Shown here one piece after another: positions 20,057 through 30,888 of a stretch of DNA of 64,000 nucleotides. This DNA comes from Alphaproteobacteria bacterium (GTDB taxonomy: Bacteria > Pseudomonadota > Alphaproteobacteria > UBA7887), in assembly GCA_965216755.1 (NCBI GenBank), contig CBDCGL010000011.1, positions 3,552,001 to 3,616,000 of the forward strand, given 5' to 3'. A model generated the notes under the pieces. It ran no database searches and was not told where the DNA came from. It worked only from the letters and a program-made list of their open reading frames with translations. Position 1 is the first letter of the stretch, and every line of letters begins with the position of its first letter. Position numbers and translations under genes: made by a program.

Positions 20057-21490
20057 GTGACCGAGAAGTCTCCTAAGAGCAAAGCGGGCAAGATGCAACA
20101 GGGCGCGGCCGCGCTGTGGGGCGCCCATTTCGATGGCGGCCAAGATGAGCTGATGATGCAAATCAACGCGTCGGTGGCGTTCGATCGACGTTTGTATGCG
20201 CAAGATATCGCTGGCTCAAGGGCGCACGCGGACATGCTTGCGGCGCAGGGCATTCTGTCCGCCGCCGATGCCGAGGCCATTCGCGACGGTTTGGCGAAGA
20301 TCAAGGATGAGATCGAGTCGGGCACGTTTTTCTTCGATCCGGCGTTGGAAGACGTTCATTTGAACATCGAAGCGCGTCTGACGGCATTGATCGGTGAGGC
20401 CGGCAAACGCCTTCATACCGCGCGATCGCGCAACGATCAGGTTGCGACCGATTTTCGCCTTTGGGTGCGGGCAGCGTGCGATCGTATCGACGGTGAACTG
20501 CACGCGGTTCAGCGCGCGTTGCTGACTCGGGCCGACGACCATGTCGACACGATCATGCCCGGTTTCACGCATTTGCAACCGGCGCAACCGGTCACGTTCG
20601 CCCATCATTTGTTGGCCTATGTGGAGATGTTTGGACGCGATCGGGGTCGTCTGGCCGATGCCCGTACGCGGCTCAATGAATGCCCTTTGGGCGCTGCCGC
20701 TTTGGCGGGCACGTCTTTTGCCATCGATCGTCAAGCGACGGCGGCGGCCCTTGGATTCGACCGGCCCTGCGCAAATTCGATCGATGCTGTCTCTGATCGT
20801 GACTTCGCGGTCGAAACTCTGGCCATGGCGGCATTGTGCGCGGGCCATCTGTCGCGCCTGGCGGAAGAGATTGTGATCTGGTCGACGCCGGCGTTTGGGT
20901 TCATGCGTCTGTCCGACGCCTACACCACCGGTTCGTCGATCATGCCGCAAAAACGCAATCCCGACGCCGCCGAGTTGGTGCGCGGCAAATCCGGACGCGT
21001 GGTTGGCGATCTGATTGCCCTTTTGACCACGCTCAAGGGGCTTGGCCTGGCCTACGCAAAGGACCTCCAAGAAGATAAAGAACCGGTGTTCGACGCGCTC
21101 GATACGCTGTCGCTGTGTTTACGGGCGATGGCGGGCATGGTTGATGACATGACGATCAATACGGCGCAAATGGCGGCCATGGCGGGCTCTGGCTATGCCA
21201 CCGCGACGGACTTGGCCGATTGGATGGTGCGCGAACTGGACATGCCGTTTCGCGAGGCGCACCAGGTGACCAGTCGCGTGGTCAAGTTGGCGGAGTCGCA
21301 AGGTGTTGCGCTCGACGGTCTCAGCCTCCAGGATCTGCAAGCGGTCGAACCGCGCATCACCGAAGACGCGCGGTCGGTATTGACGGTTGCGCAATCGGTG
21401 GCGAGCCGCACCAGCCTGGGGGGCACGGCGCCCGTGCGCGTGCGTGCCGCAATCGCTGCGGCCAGACAAAAATTTGGACTCGAAGCATGA
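20057..21490 (+). CDS. argH: Argininosuccinate lyase
   Basis: [35 protein letters not shown]. Confidence 0.97.
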   Translation: MTEKSPKSKAGKMQQGAAALWGAHFDGGQDELMMQINASVAFDRRLYAQDIAGSRAHADMLAAQGILSAADAEAIRDGLAKIKDEIESGTFFFDPALEDVHLNIEARLTALIGEAGKRLHTARSRNDQVATDFRLWVRAACDRIDGELHAVQRALLTRADDHVDTIMPGFTHLQPAQPVTFAHHLLAYVEMFGRDRGRLADARTRLNECPLGAAALAGTSFAIDRQATAAALGFDRPCANSIDAVSDRDFAVETLAMAALCAGHLSRLAEEIVIWSTPAFGFMRLSDAYTTGSSIMPQKRNPDAAELVRGKSGRVVGDLIALLTTLKGLGLAYAKDLQEDKEPVFDALDTLSLCLRAMAGMVDDMTINTAQMAAMAGSGYATATDLADWMVRELDMPFREAHQVTSRVVKLAESQGVALDGLSLQDLQAVEPRITEDARSVLTVAQSVASRTSLGGTAPVRVRAAIAAARQKFGLEA

Positions 21491-21621
21491 ACACAGGCCG
21501 ATTCACGCGGATTTTCGTCATGATCGTGATCGCCGGCCTTGTCGCCGCCGGATGTGGCCGTAAGGGGCCGCCGGTGGCGCCGAGCGCCGAACCGGACGAG
21601 CAAGGCGAGCCGGCTCAATAG
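21487..21621 (+). CDS. Small lipoprotein (LptM/LppL-like)
   Basis: Lipobox AAGC followed by GRKGP; between argH and lysA. Confidence 0.85.
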   Translation: MNTGRFTRIFVMIVIAGLVAAGCGRKGPPVAPSAEPDEQGEPAQ

Positions 21622-21642
21622 AGGGCGCGGGCGGCACCACAT

Positions 21643-22962
21643 ATGGACCATTTCGTTTATCGCGACGGCACCCTGCATGCCGAGGACGTGGCCATTCCGG
21701 ATTTGGCCGCCGCCGTCGGCACGCCGTTCTACTGCTATGCCACGGCCACCCTGGTGCGCCACTACGAGGTTTTTTCGGGTTCGTTTGCGGATCTGGATCA
21801 CTTGGTCGCCTATTCGATCAAGGCCAACTCCAACCAAGCCGTGATCGCGACGTTGGCGCGACTTGGGGCCGGCGCCGATATCGTCTCCGAAGGCGAGTTG
21901 CGACGGGCGCGCGCGGCGGGCGTGCCGGCGGATCGTATTGTCTTTTCCGGCGTCGGCAAGACCCGCGACGAGATGGCGCTGGCGCTGAACGAAGGCGTGC
22001 TGCAGTTCAATATTGAATCTGAGGCGGAACTCGACGCCCTGAACGCGGTCGCCGCGCAGCTTGGGCGCCGCGCGCCGATCGCGGCGCGCATCAATCCAGA
22101 CGTCGACGCCGGAACCCACGACAAGATTTCGACAGGTCGCAAGGCGGACAAATTCGGCATCCCGTGGGCCCAGGCGCAAGCTATTTATGGCCGCGCAGCA
22201 TCCTTGCCGCACATCGTAGTCGCCGGCGTTGACGTCCATATCGGTTCGCAATTGACCGACCTGGCGCCGTTTCGCCGCGCATTTCAACGAGTCGCCGACT
22301 TGGTTCGGCGTTTGCGCGCCGACGGCCACGATATCCGCAATATTGACCTTGGCGGTGGTCTTGGTATCCCCTATGGCGCCGACCCCGATCCACCGGCTCC
22401 CACCGACTATGCGCGCGCGGTTGTCGATGAAGTCGGCCATATCGACTGTCGCTTGGTATTGGAGCCGGGTCGGCTCTTGGTTGGCAATGCCGGCTTGTTG
22501 GTGGCGCAGGTCGTCTATGTCAAGCAGACCGAGGGGCGGACTTTCGTGATCCTGGACGCGGCCATGAACGATCTGATTCGCCCGGCCATGTATGACGCTT
22601 GGCATGAGATTACGCCGGTGACGGAGCCGGCGCCGGATGCACCGCGCCAACCGGTTGACGTGGTCGGTCCGGTTTGCGAGTCCGCCGACCGGTTTGCAAC
22701 CGATAGGCCGCTGCCCGCTCTGTCCCCGGGGGACCTGGTCGCGTTTCGCTCGGCGGGGGCGTATGGTGCGGTGATGGCGTCGACCTACAATTCGCGCCTG
22801 CTGGTGCCGGAGGTGATGGTCAATGGCGATCAATTCGCGGTGGTGCGGCCGCGCGGTCACTACCAGGACTTGATTGCCCAAGACCCTTTGCCCGATTGGA
22901 TCAATCCGGCGGACATCCCATCTGCCGATGGCAGACGCGCACAGACGAAGGAGGCGAACTGA
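21643..22962 (+). CDS. lysA: Diaminopimelate decarboxylase
   Basis: YSIKAN, HIGSQ, DLGGGLG, EPGR, GPVCES, GAYG. Confidence 0.97.
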   Translation: MDHFVYRDGTLHAEDVAIPDLAAAVGTPFYCYATATLVRHYEVFSGSFADLDHLVAYSIKANSNQAVIATLARLGAGADIVSEGELRRARAAGVPADRIVFSGVGKTRDEMALALNEGVLQFNIESEAELDALNAVAAQLGRRAPIAARINPDVDAGTHDKISTGRKADKFGIPWAQAQAIYGRAASLPHIVVAGVDVHIGSQLTDLAPFRRAFQRVADLVRRLRADGHDIRNIDLGGGLGIPYGADPDPPAPTDYARAVVDEVGHIDCRLVLEPGRLLVGNAGLLVAQVVYVKQTEGRTFVILDAAMNDLIRPAMYDAWHEITPVTEPAPDAPRQPVDVVGPVCESADRFATDRPLPALSPGDLVAFRSAGAYGAVMASTYNSRLLVPEVMVNGDQFAVVRPRGHYQDLIAQDPLPDWINPADIPSADGRRAQTKEAN

Positions 22963-25409
22963 TGGCCAGGCCGAATGGCGCAGCGGCCGATCATAAGCAG
23001 AATCGGTTGTTCGGGCGTCGCCTTTTCCTCAGTCGATTGGCGTTGGCGTGGGAGCGGTTGTGGCCGGCCTTGTGGCCTTTGCCGGCGATTGTCGGCGGTT
23101 TCATTGCCGCGTCTTTGTTCGGACTCTGGGCGCTGATCCCGGGCTGGCTGCATTTGCTCTGCTTGATCGCCGTCGGCGCTACCATTGTTGGCGTGCTGTG
23201 GCGGGCGCGGCGGCGGTTTCGGTTGCCGGACAGGGGTGCCGGCTTGCGCCGCTTGGAACGCACCGGCGGTGTCGGTCACCGACCGTTGACCGCGGTGATG
23301 GACCGCGTCGCCGGCAGTGTCTCAGGCGACCGTGCTGCCGCGTTATGGCGGGCACACCGCGCGCGCATGGCCGCCGCGGCAGCGAAATTGCGGGTGACTT
23401 GGCCGATAGCCGGCTTGGCCGCGCGTGACCCCTGGGCGATCCGGGCGCTGGTCGGCCTGCTGGTTTTTGTCGGTCTTGCTTTTGCCGGTGAGCGCGCGGG
23501 ACCACGATTGGCGGCCGCGTTCAACCCGCAATTGGGGGCCAAAATGGTCGTCGAACCGGGGCAATTGACCGCATGGCTGACGCCGCCCGCCTATACCGGG
23601 TTGCCGCCAATTTCGCTGACCGGATCCGCGCCGGCGATGTCGGTCGACACGGTCGCCGCTATGCCGCCGATCGCGGTTGCCCATGGCAGCAAGCTGATCG
23701 CCAAGGTTTCCGGCGGCGGCGGTCCGCCGGTTCTGGACATTGATCAAGTCGAGACCACGTTTGAGCCTGCCGGCGACGACAGCTTTGAAGTTGCGCGCGA
23801 GATTACCGCAAGTGGCAGTGTCGGCATCGCCCAGGGTGCGACCCGGCTCGGCGCCTGGCGCTTTGACGTGATTCCGGACCATCCACCGACTATGACGGTC
23901 AACGACACGCCCGAAAAGACCCGCAAGGGCGTGTTGCGCTTGGGTTACCAGGCCGAGGACGACTACGGTGTCGAGTCCGTGCGGTTGGAGCTGGCTCTAA
24001 CCGACGACCCACAAGCCGAGCCTCTGATCCTGCCCTTGCCGCTGTCGGCGAACAGCACGCGAGTGATTCGTGACGCGGCCTATCAAGATCTGACACCCCA
24101 TCCTTGGGCGGGCATGCCCGTGCGCTTGACTGGCATTGCCACCGACTTTGCCGGCCAACGTGGCACCACGCCGGTTGTTACCATGGTCCTGCCGGAGCGT
24201 CCGTTTGATCATCCGGTCGCGCGCGCGGTGATCGAACAGCGTCGGTCTCTGGCGCTGAATCGGGAGTCGCAAGCGGCGGTGCAAAGGGCGCTGGCGCGCA
24301 TTGCCGAACGGCCAGACGAATATGGCGACGACGTCGTTGCGTATCTTGCCTTGCGCAGCGCAGTCGCGCGTCTTGAATACCCAATGGAGGAACCACGACA
24401 ACAAAGTGTGGTCGATTTGTTGTGGGATGTGGCATTGCGCATCGAGGACGGGGCATTGTCGTTGGCCGAGCAAGAATTGCGCGCCGCCCAAGAAGCCCTG
24501 CGCGATGCGCTGGACGGCAACGCCAACAATCAAGAGATCGAAGAATTGATGGACCGGCTTGAACAAGCCATGTCCGACTATTTGGACCAGCTCGATCAGC
24601 GCGCGCAGGATAGCGAGTCTCAGCAAGCCGAAGAACCGCCGCCGGGCAGCGAACTCGGGCGCAACCGCGCTGACTTCGAGTCCATGCTCAACGACACCCG
24701 AGATATGGCGATGACAGGTGCCCGCGAGGCGGCCCGCCAAATGCTGTCGGAACTGCAAGAGATGTTGGAGAACATGCAGCCCGGGCAATCGACCAGCAAC
24801 CAAGGCGGGCAATCGGGCGACGAGCTGATGCAGCAACTCGAACAGATCGCCCGTGAGCAGGGCGAACTGCTGGAAGAGACGTTCAATCAGTCGCCGGTGG
24901 AAAGCCGCGAACGTCAGCAAGCCGAAGGCAATGGTCAGAATCGGGCCGACCGGCAAGAAGCGTTGCGTCGCGCCTTGGGCGACATCATGCGCGAACTTGG
25001 CGAACAAGGAATGGAAATTCCCGAGGCGTTGGGGCGGGCCGAACGACGCATGCGCGATGCGCGCGAAGCCTTGGAAGGTGGTCGCCCGGATCGCGCCGTA
25101 CGGCCCCAGTCGGAGGCCATGGAACAGCTGCGCGAGGGCGCCGACTCATTGGCGACGCAGTTTGCCGGGCAACAAGGCACGCAACCAGGCCATCGCCGAC
25201 GATCGGATCGGGATGACGAAAACCGGGATCCGCTGGGTCGCTTGCCGCCAGGTCAACAGGGTGATCCCGCCGGTTATGTGGCCATTCCCGACCAGGCTGA
25301 AATTCAGCGCAGCCGCGAGATCCTTGAGGAGCTTTATCGCCGCGCCGCTGAGAGTCGCCGGCCGAAACCGGAACGCGACTATATCGATCGCCTGTTGCGT
25401 TGGTACTAG
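22962..25409 (+). CDS. TIGR02302/DUF4175 family membrane-anchored coiled-coil protein
   Basis: WERLWP, RDPWAIR, AWLTPPAYTG, DLTPHPWAG, RDPLGR, ERDYIDRLL. Confidence 0.9.
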   Translation: MARPNGAAADHKQNRLFGRRLFLSRLALAWERLWPALWPLPAIVGGFIAASLFGLWALIPGWLHLLCLIAVGATIVGVLWRARRRFRLPDRGAGLRRLERTGGVGHRPLTAVMDRVAGSVSGDRAAALWRAHRARMAAAAAKLRVTWPIAGLAARDPWAIRALVGLLVFVGLAFAGERAGPRLAAAFNPQLGAKMVVEPGQLTAWLTPPAYTGLPPISLTGSAPAMSVDTVAAMPPIAVAHGSKLIAKVSGGGGPPVLDIDQVETTFEPAGDDSFEVAREITASGSVGIAQGATRLGAWRFDVIPDHPPTMTVNDTPEKTRKGVLRLGYQAEDDYGVESVRLELALTDDPQAEPLILPLPLSANSTRVIRDAAYQDLTPHPWAGMPVRLTGIATDFAGQRGTTPVVTMVLPERPFDHPVARAVIEQRRSLALNRESQAAVQRALARIAERPDEYGDDVVAYLALRSAVARLEYPMEEPRQQSVVDLLWDVALRIEDGALSLAEQELRAAQEALRDALDGNANNQEIEELMDRLEQAMSDYLDQLDQRAQDSESQQAEEPPPGSELGRNRADFESMLNDTRDMAMTGAREAARQMLSELQEMLENMQPGQSTSNQGGQSGDELMQQLEQIAREQGELLEETFNQSPVESRERQQAEGNGQNRADRQEALRRALGDIMRELGEQGMEIPEALGRAERRMRDAREALEGGRPDRAVRPQSEAMEQLREGADSLATQFAGQQGTQPGHRRRSDRDDENRDPLGRLPPGQQGDPAGYVAIPDQAEIQRSREILEELYRRAAESRRPKPERDYIDRLLRWY

Positions 25410-25551
25410 AGCAACCTTCGCCCAAAGGGACCGTTTGTGCGAAGATAAGTTGATCGATATCAGAGAGATAGAGCGTGACACGCAATCGGATGTGCGGGCG
25501 AAAAGCGGTAGACGACCGGTTGACTGAATCGATTCAAGTCTGCGGGCCCAA

Positions 25552-26298
25552 TCAGGACGCGTGGTCGCCGACAAATGTCAGAAATGCGTCTGACGCTGCC
25601 GGTGGTGGCGCTGGTACGGTTGTTTGAAACGACACGATCTCGTTGGGCAGTATACGCCGATCGGTGGCTCTAAAAGTCCACGACGCCAGTTCCTGGTCAT
25701 TGGCCGAATGTAACGCGACGCGAATATGCGGCGCGTCACGGCCGCCCTCGCCGATGTTGATCAGATCGCCCTCGATCACCAGGATCGTGCCGTCGGGCGT
25801 GTCGCGCCATGTCGACCGCAGTTCGCGGATTTCCAAGCCTGCCCAAGGGTTTGCGGACATCAGGCCGACGGCGGCGTAAACGCGGCGCGTGGTCGGCCAC
25901 TGCTCGACGATGGTCGTGCGTGCCGCATAGAGAACGGCGCCGACCATCAGCAGCAGCATCGCCGCGGCCGCCCATGGAACCCAGCCCGGCGGTCCAAATC
26001 GATGAACCGCCGGCAGCCGCGCCGTCGCTTCAGCCGCCAGGGCCGCTGCCTGTGCGTCGCCGGCTTCGCCGTCGGGCGACGCCGCGCTGGCGGCTGGCAT
26101 GGCCGCCGCAGCCGAGGCCGCCATCGGGTCGCCGGCGGCTTGGTCGTCGTCTATAGACGCGGCCGTGGCTTCATTCTGCGGTGGCTCTTGGAACCAAACA
26201 TGGCCACAACCGCCACAGCGCACCTTGCGCCCACCCCCTTGTAAGGCGGCGTCGGGCACCAAAAAACGTGTCGCACAAGACGTACATTCCAGGATCAT
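25552..26298 (-). CDS. MJ0042-type zinc-ribbon / DUF3426 protein
   Basis: CTSC...VRCGGCGHVW, one TM segment, periplasmic C-terminal domain; divergent from ftsE. Confidence 0.88.
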   Translation of the reverse strand: MILECTSCATRFLVPDAALQGGGRKVRCGGCGHVWFQEPPQNEATAASIDDDQAAGDPMAASAAAAMPAASAASPDGEAGDAQAAALAAEATARLPAVHRFGPPGWVPWAAAAMLLLMVGAVLYAARTTIVEQWPTTRRVYAAVGLMSANPWAGLEIRELRSTWRDTPDGTILVIEGDLINIGEGGRDAPHIRVALHSANDQELASWTFRATDRRILPNEIVSFQTTVPAPPPAASDAFLTFVGDHAS

Positions 26299-26506
26299 TT
26301 ATCGCGCTCAGGTAACGGATAATGATGCTAAGCTATTCATCTTGCGGCCGTATGGCAAGTCTGCCGGTGACAATGCGACGATAACGATGCTGGACGCCGG
26401 CGCAGGTGCTGTGCGAATGTGCGGCCGAATATGCGCCAGATCATGTTTTTTGCGTCTATCGATCTTTGCTACAGGGCTTGCCGACGTCCAATCCGGAACC
26501 CAAACC

Positions 26507-27199
26507 ATGGAGCTCGGTCGCGTGGTCCGGTTTGAGAATGTCGGCATGCGTTATGGGTTGGGGCCGGAGATCCTGCACGACATCACGTTTACGCTGGAGC
26601 CCGGCTCGTTCCATTTCATGACTGGCCCCAGTGGCGCCGGCAAGTCGTCGTTGCTGCGTTTGATGTTTCTCGGCCACCGGCCGTCGCGCGGCTTGGTCAC
26701 CATGTTTGACAAAGATGTGACCGGGGCGGATCGACAGATCTTGATCGAACTGCGTCGACGGATTGGCGTTGTTTTTCAGGATTTCCGCTTGCTCGATCAT
26801 TTGACGGCGCGAGAAAATGTCGCGCTGCCGTTGCGCATGGCCGGCGCCCGCGAATCCGACATCGGCGACTCGGTCGATGAATTGTTGCGTTGGATCGGCT
26901 TGGCGGACAAATTGGATGCCCTGCCGCCGACCTTGTCTGGTGGTGAGAAGCAACGCCTGGCGATTGCGCGATCGGTCATTCGGCGTCCGAAACTGTTGCT
27001 GGCCGACGAGCCGACAGGCAATGTCGATCCGGACAACAGCTTGCGTCTGATGCGCCTGTTCGAAGAGCTGTACAAGATGGGCACAACCGTCGTCATTGCC
27101 ACCCACGACCAATGGATGGTCGATCGTTATGGTTATCCACTATTGCGTCTAGAAGGCGGCCATTTGTCGGCGGAAACGCGGCCGATTACGAGCCGATAG
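26507..27199 (+). CDS. ftsE: Cell division ATP-binding protein
   Basis: GPSGAGKS, VFQDFRLL, LSGGEKQR, ADEPTGN. Confidence 0.95.
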   Translation: MELGRVVRFENVGMRYGLGPEILHDITFTLEPGSFHFMTGPSGAGKSSLLRLMFLGHRPSRGLVTMFDKDVTGADRQILIELRRRIGVVFQDFRLLDHLTARENVALPLRMAGARESDIGDSVDELLRWIGLADKLDALPPTLSGGEKQRLAIARSVIRRPKLLLADEPTGNVDPDNSLRLMRLFEELYKMGTTVVIATHDQWMVDRYGYPLLRLEGGHLSAETRPITSR

Positions 27200-27267
27200 G
27201 GCGACGCAAGGAACTTGCGGCGGAACGGTTTGCTCAATCATGATCGATCGAGCCTCACGTTGACTTG

Positions 27268-28143
27268 ATGAAATTTTGGCAACAGCGCACCGACTTGGCG
27301 CTCTACCGTGACGACACGACCCGCGCGTTGCCGTGGATGCTGGCGCTCAAGGTCTATTTCGCCGTTCTCGCGTTGGCCGCATTGATTGCCTTGCAAACCG
27401 CCGTTTCGCGGTGGCAGGGCGGCGCTTATGCGGTGATTACCGCGGAACTGCCGGCGACCACCAGCCAAGGCCAGATGGCCGAAGCAATGGCCCTTTTGGA
27501 AGGGACGCCCGGGGTGACCGGTGTCGCGCCGTTGACCGACGCTGACGTCATGGCTCTGTTGTCGCCGTGGCTGGGACCGTCTGATCTTGGTGGCGATTTG
27601 CCGCTGCCGCGCCTGATCGACGTGCAGCATGACCCCGCCGTTGCCGTCGATTGGCAACATGCGGAAAGTCAATTGGCCGGTGCGTTCCCTGGCGCCGCGA
27701 TTGATACGGGCATGACCTGGATCAACCGCTTGACCGAACTCGCCCGCTCGGTGCAATTGGTCGCCGCAGCCATGCTGATTTTGGTGGTTGCGGTCACCAT
27801 CGTCGCGATTTCGTTCGCGGCGCGCGCCGGCCTGGCGATTCACCGATCGACCATTGAATTGCTGCATTTGCTGGGCGCCGAGGATCGCTATATCGCGTCG
27901 CAATTTCAGCGCCACACACTCGGTTTCGTGATGCGCGGTGCGCTGATCGGTCTGATTTTTGCGGTGCTGACTTTGTTGTTGATTGGTATCGCCGCGGCGC
28001 GTTTGGACGCGCCCCTGCTACCATCTTTGGAATTGCAGGCGCTTGGGTGGACAAGCTTGATCATTTTGCCCTTTTTGATCACGCTTATTGCCCTGGTGAC
28101 GGCCCGGCTCACGGTCTTGCGAGCGCTCGCGCGTATGCCGTGA
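27268..28143 (+). CDS. ftsX: Cell division permease
   Basis: PWLG...LPLPRLI, IELLHLLGA...IA..F; follows ftsE. Confidence 0.9.
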   Translation: MKFWQQRTDLALYRDDTTRALPWMLALKVYFAVLALAALIALQTAVSRWQGGAYAVITAELPATTSQGQMAEAMALLEGTPGVTGVAPLTDADVMALLSPWLGPSDLGGDLPLPRLIDVQHDPAVAVDWQHAESQLAGAFPGAAIDTGMTWINRLTELARSVQLVAAAMLILVVAVTIVAISFAARAGLAIHRSTIELLHLLGAEDRYIASQFQRHTLGFVMRGALIGLIFAVLTLLLIGIAAARLDAPLLPSLELQALGWTSLIILPFLITLIALVTARLTVLRALARMP

Positions 28144-28228
28144 ATGGGACCGCGCAGTACAGGCGCCATATTCCGGGCGGCGCCGGGTTGGGGGTTTGTC
28201 ATAGGATGACAGGACCGCGATTGACCCC

Positions 28229-28858
28229 ATGACCCGATCACGCGCACCAAAACGCCGCCGGCGCACGATGCGCCGCGCTCTGACAGCATTGTTGGTCATC
28301 GCCGTGCTCGCTTGGGCGATCGGTTTCGTCCATTTTGCCAACACATTACCGGTCGAGGCCGTGCGTGTGGATGGACGCACGGATGCGATCGTCGTGTTGA
28401 CCGGCGGCCGCGGCCGTTTGGCCGAAGGCCTAGCGCTGTTGTTGGAAGACCGGGCCAAGATGCTGTTTGTCTCCGGCGTCTATCGCGGCGTCGATGTCGC
28501 CGAAATTCTGCGTATCGCGCGCCCCGCCGGATCAGCCGTGACCGACCGCATTGCACTTGGCCATGAAGCCGACGATACCGTCGGCAATGCGCTTGAAACG
28601 GCCAATTGGATCAATAAGCACGGCTTTCGAGATGTGCGCTTGGTCACCGCCGCGTATCATATGCCGCGCAGCTTGTTTGAGATGCGCCAGGCGATGCCGT
28701 CGATCACGCTGGTGCCGCATCCCGTATTTTCGAGCAATGTGCATTTGCAAGACTGGTGGCGGTGGCCGGGCACGACCGTTTTGCTGGCAACTGAATATTC
28801 CAAATTTCTGCTCAGTCGCGCGCGCGCCAAACTGTTTCCCCGCGATGGTCGTTCGTGA
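28229..28858 (+). CDS. YdcF/DUF218 family protein
   Basis: DAIVVLTGG, TVGNALE, VTAAYHMPRS, EYSK. Confidence 0.9.
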   Translation: MTRSRAPKRRRRTMRRALTALLVIAVLAWAIGFVHFANTLPVEAVRVDGRTDAIVVLTGGRGRLAEGLALLLEDRAKMLFVSGVYRGVDVAEILRIARPAGSAVTDRIALGHEADDTVGNALETANWINKHGFRDVRLVTAAYHMPRSLFEMRQAMPSITLVPHPVFSSNVHLQDWWRWPGTTVLLATEYSKFLLSRARAKLFPRDGRS

Positions 28859-29592
28859 CCGCACTACGCGCGCTCCTGTTCAACATTCTGTTTTTCGTGC
28901 TCACCGGCGCGCTGGCGTTGTTCATGTTGCCGGTCATGGTGTTACCGCGCGCCGCGATCGTGCGAGTCGGCCATCTGTGGGCATGGCTGATTGGGCGCGT
29001 GGCTGCGTTGACCGTCGGAATCAAAGTCGAAGTGCGCGGTGGCGTCCCGCGTGGCGCCTGCCTGGTGGCGTCAAAACATCAATCGGCATGGGAAACCGTG
29101 GCTTTTTTGGGCCTGCTGGACGATGCCTGTTTCGTGCTCAAACGCGAATTAGCTTGGCTACCTGTTTTCGGTCTTTATATCCTCAAAAATCGACAGATCG
29201 TGACCGACCGTGGCGGCGGCGCCAAAGCGCTGCGTAAGATGATCGCCGATGCGAAAATGGCACGCGAGACCGGCCGGCAGGTGGTGATCTTTCCGGAGGG
29301 CACCCGCGTGACCCCGGGCCAGACGCGTCCTTACCATCCGGGCGTTGCCGGACTGTACGCAAGCTTGGCGCTACCGGTCGTGCCGGTCGCGCTCAATTCC
29401 GGTTTGTTTTGGGGGCGGCGGCGCTTTCGGAAAGATCCGGGCACGATCATTGTCTCGTTCTTGCCGCCTATTCCGCCGGGCTTGAAACGCCAGGAATTTC
29501 TTACGCGCCTGCAACAAACCATCGAGGCGGAAACCGCGGTGCTGGTTGCCGAAGCCATGGCGGCGGCGCCACGTCAGTCGCCGCACACATGA
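28855..29592 (+). CDS. plsC: 1-acyl-sn-glycerol-3-phosphate acyltransferase
   Basis: KHQSAWET, IFPEGTR, VPVALNSG. Confidence 0.9.
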   Translation: MTALRALLFNILFFVLTGALALFMLPVMVLPRAAIVRVGHLWAWLIGRVAALTVGIKVEVRGGVPRGACLVASKHQSAWETVAFLGLLDDACFVLKRELAWLPVFGLYILKNRQIVTDRGGGAKALRKMIADAKMARETGRQVVIFPEGTRVTPGQTRPYHPGVAGLYASLALPVVPVALNSGLFWGRRRFRKDPGTIIVSFLPPIPPGLKRQEFLTRLQQTIEAETAVLVAEAMAAAPRQSPHT

Positions 29593-30746
29593 TCAATCAG
29601 TCGTTCGAGAAAGCGCCCGCCGGCTTCAAACTGGTCAATCAGAATATATTCGTTGGCCTTGTGCGCCTGTTGGATACTGCCCGGGCCATAAACAACGGTC
29701 GACATGGCGCCACGCTGAAACAAGCCGGCCTCGGTCCCGAACGCAATTGCGCCTGCCGGCGTGTTGTCTCCGGTCAAAACGCGAACAAGCTGTTCGGCTT
29801 CGGATTGCGATTCTGGTGTCAGGCCGCCGATTTGACTGATCGAGGTCATCTCTACGCTGGTCTCAGGCGCTATCTTCCGCAGCGGTGGCAAAAGACTCTC
29901 GTTGATACGTTGATTGAGAGGCGTCAGCAAAAGCGCGTCGACATCTACGCCCGGCAGGGTGCGGACCTCCCAAACGAAGCTGCAATGGCGGGGAATGATA
30001 TTGTCCGCCGTCCCCCCGGTGATGGTGCCGACATGGACGGTATGATAAGGCGGGTCGAAACCGCCGGCGGTATCGGGTGTTGCGCGGAACGCGGCGGCTT
30101 TCTCATTCAAGAACGCGATCAAATCGGCGGCGATGAATATTGCGCTGACACCGCGATCGGTAAATGCCGAATGGGCGTCTCGGCCGGTCACCGAGACGCG
30201 AAATCGATGGACGCTTTTGTGACGGTTGGCGATTTTCATTTCGGTCGGCTCACCAACAATCACGATCCGTGGTTGGTACCGGAGTTGTTTGATCATCTCG
30301 ACCAAACGCGGCGCGCCTAGGCAGCCAACTTCCTCGTCATACGACAGGGCCAGATGGACCGGTATTTTCGGCGCGCGCGCGACCAGCTTTGGCACCGCGG
30401 CCAAGGCCAAGGCAATGAAACCCTTCATATCGGCCGTGCCGCGACCAATCAGGCGGCCATCACCGCGGATCAGCTGGAATGGGTCGTGGTCCCAGGCCTG
30501 ATCGGTGACCGGCACGACATCGGTGTGGCCGGACAACACGATGCCGCCGTCGACATGCGGGCCGACGGTGGCGAACAGATTTGCCTTACCGCCATCGTCG
30601 GCGAACACGCGGGTTGACTCGATCCCGTAGCCGGACAAGTATTCCGCGACAAAGTCGATCAGAGCCAAGTTCGACCGATGGCTGGTTGTGTCAAACGAGA
30701 CCAGCCGATCGAGAAGCTCGTAAGCTGTTGGCGCTGCAGGGGTCAT
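29574..30746 (-). CDS. argE: Acetylornithine deacetylase (M20)
   Basis: SGHTDVVP, GRGTADMKG, YDEEVGC, GEPT, FGTEAG, AHKANE. Confidence 0.92.
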   Translation of the reverse strand: MTPAAPTAYELLDRLVSFDTTSHRSNLALIDFVAEYLSGYGIESTRVFADDGGKANLFATVGPHVDGGIVLSGHTDVVPVTDQAWDHDPFQLIRGDGRLIGRGTADMKGFIALALAAVPKLVARAPKIPVHLALSYDEEVGCLGAPRLVEMIKQLRYQPRIVIVGEPTEMKIANRHKSVHRFRVSVTGRDAHSAFTDRGVSAIFIAADLIAFLNEKAAAFRATPDTAGGFDPPYHTVHVGTITGGTADNIIPRHCSFVWEVRTLPGVDVDALLLTPLNQRINESLLPPLRKIAPETSVEMTSISQIGGLTPESQSEAEQLVRVLTGDNTPAGAIAFGTEAGLFQRGAMSTVVYGPGSIQQAHKANEYILIDQFEAGGRFLERLIDHVCGD

Positions 30747-30888
30747 AGTGTTCAGTCTCCGATTCGCGCGCCGCGATCGGACCGGCGCTTGCCGCTGACA
30801 CAGTGTGAGGGGACAGACGTGGCGCGTGACTATACGAAGCCGGCTTGGCCGAGTCACGCGTGCGCGCGGCGTCCACACGGAACCGACC

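Noticed and set aside
21193-22881. 562-aa antisense ORF over lysA (also 38918-40015, 54076-55275, 58443-59582)
   Set aside because: Expected stop-poor antisense frames of GC-rich genes; no protein motifs.
25450-25463. FNR/FixK-like box TTGAT-cgat-ATCAG and nearby palindrome tgaatcgattca
   Set aside because: Lies between convergent 3' ends with no annotated start nearby; probably chance unless an sRNA is found.
22962-29592. TIGR02302-MJ0042-ftsEX-ydcF-plsC as a novel system
   Set aside because: Well-known conserved alphaproteobacterial neighbourhood; nothing unusual in this copy.
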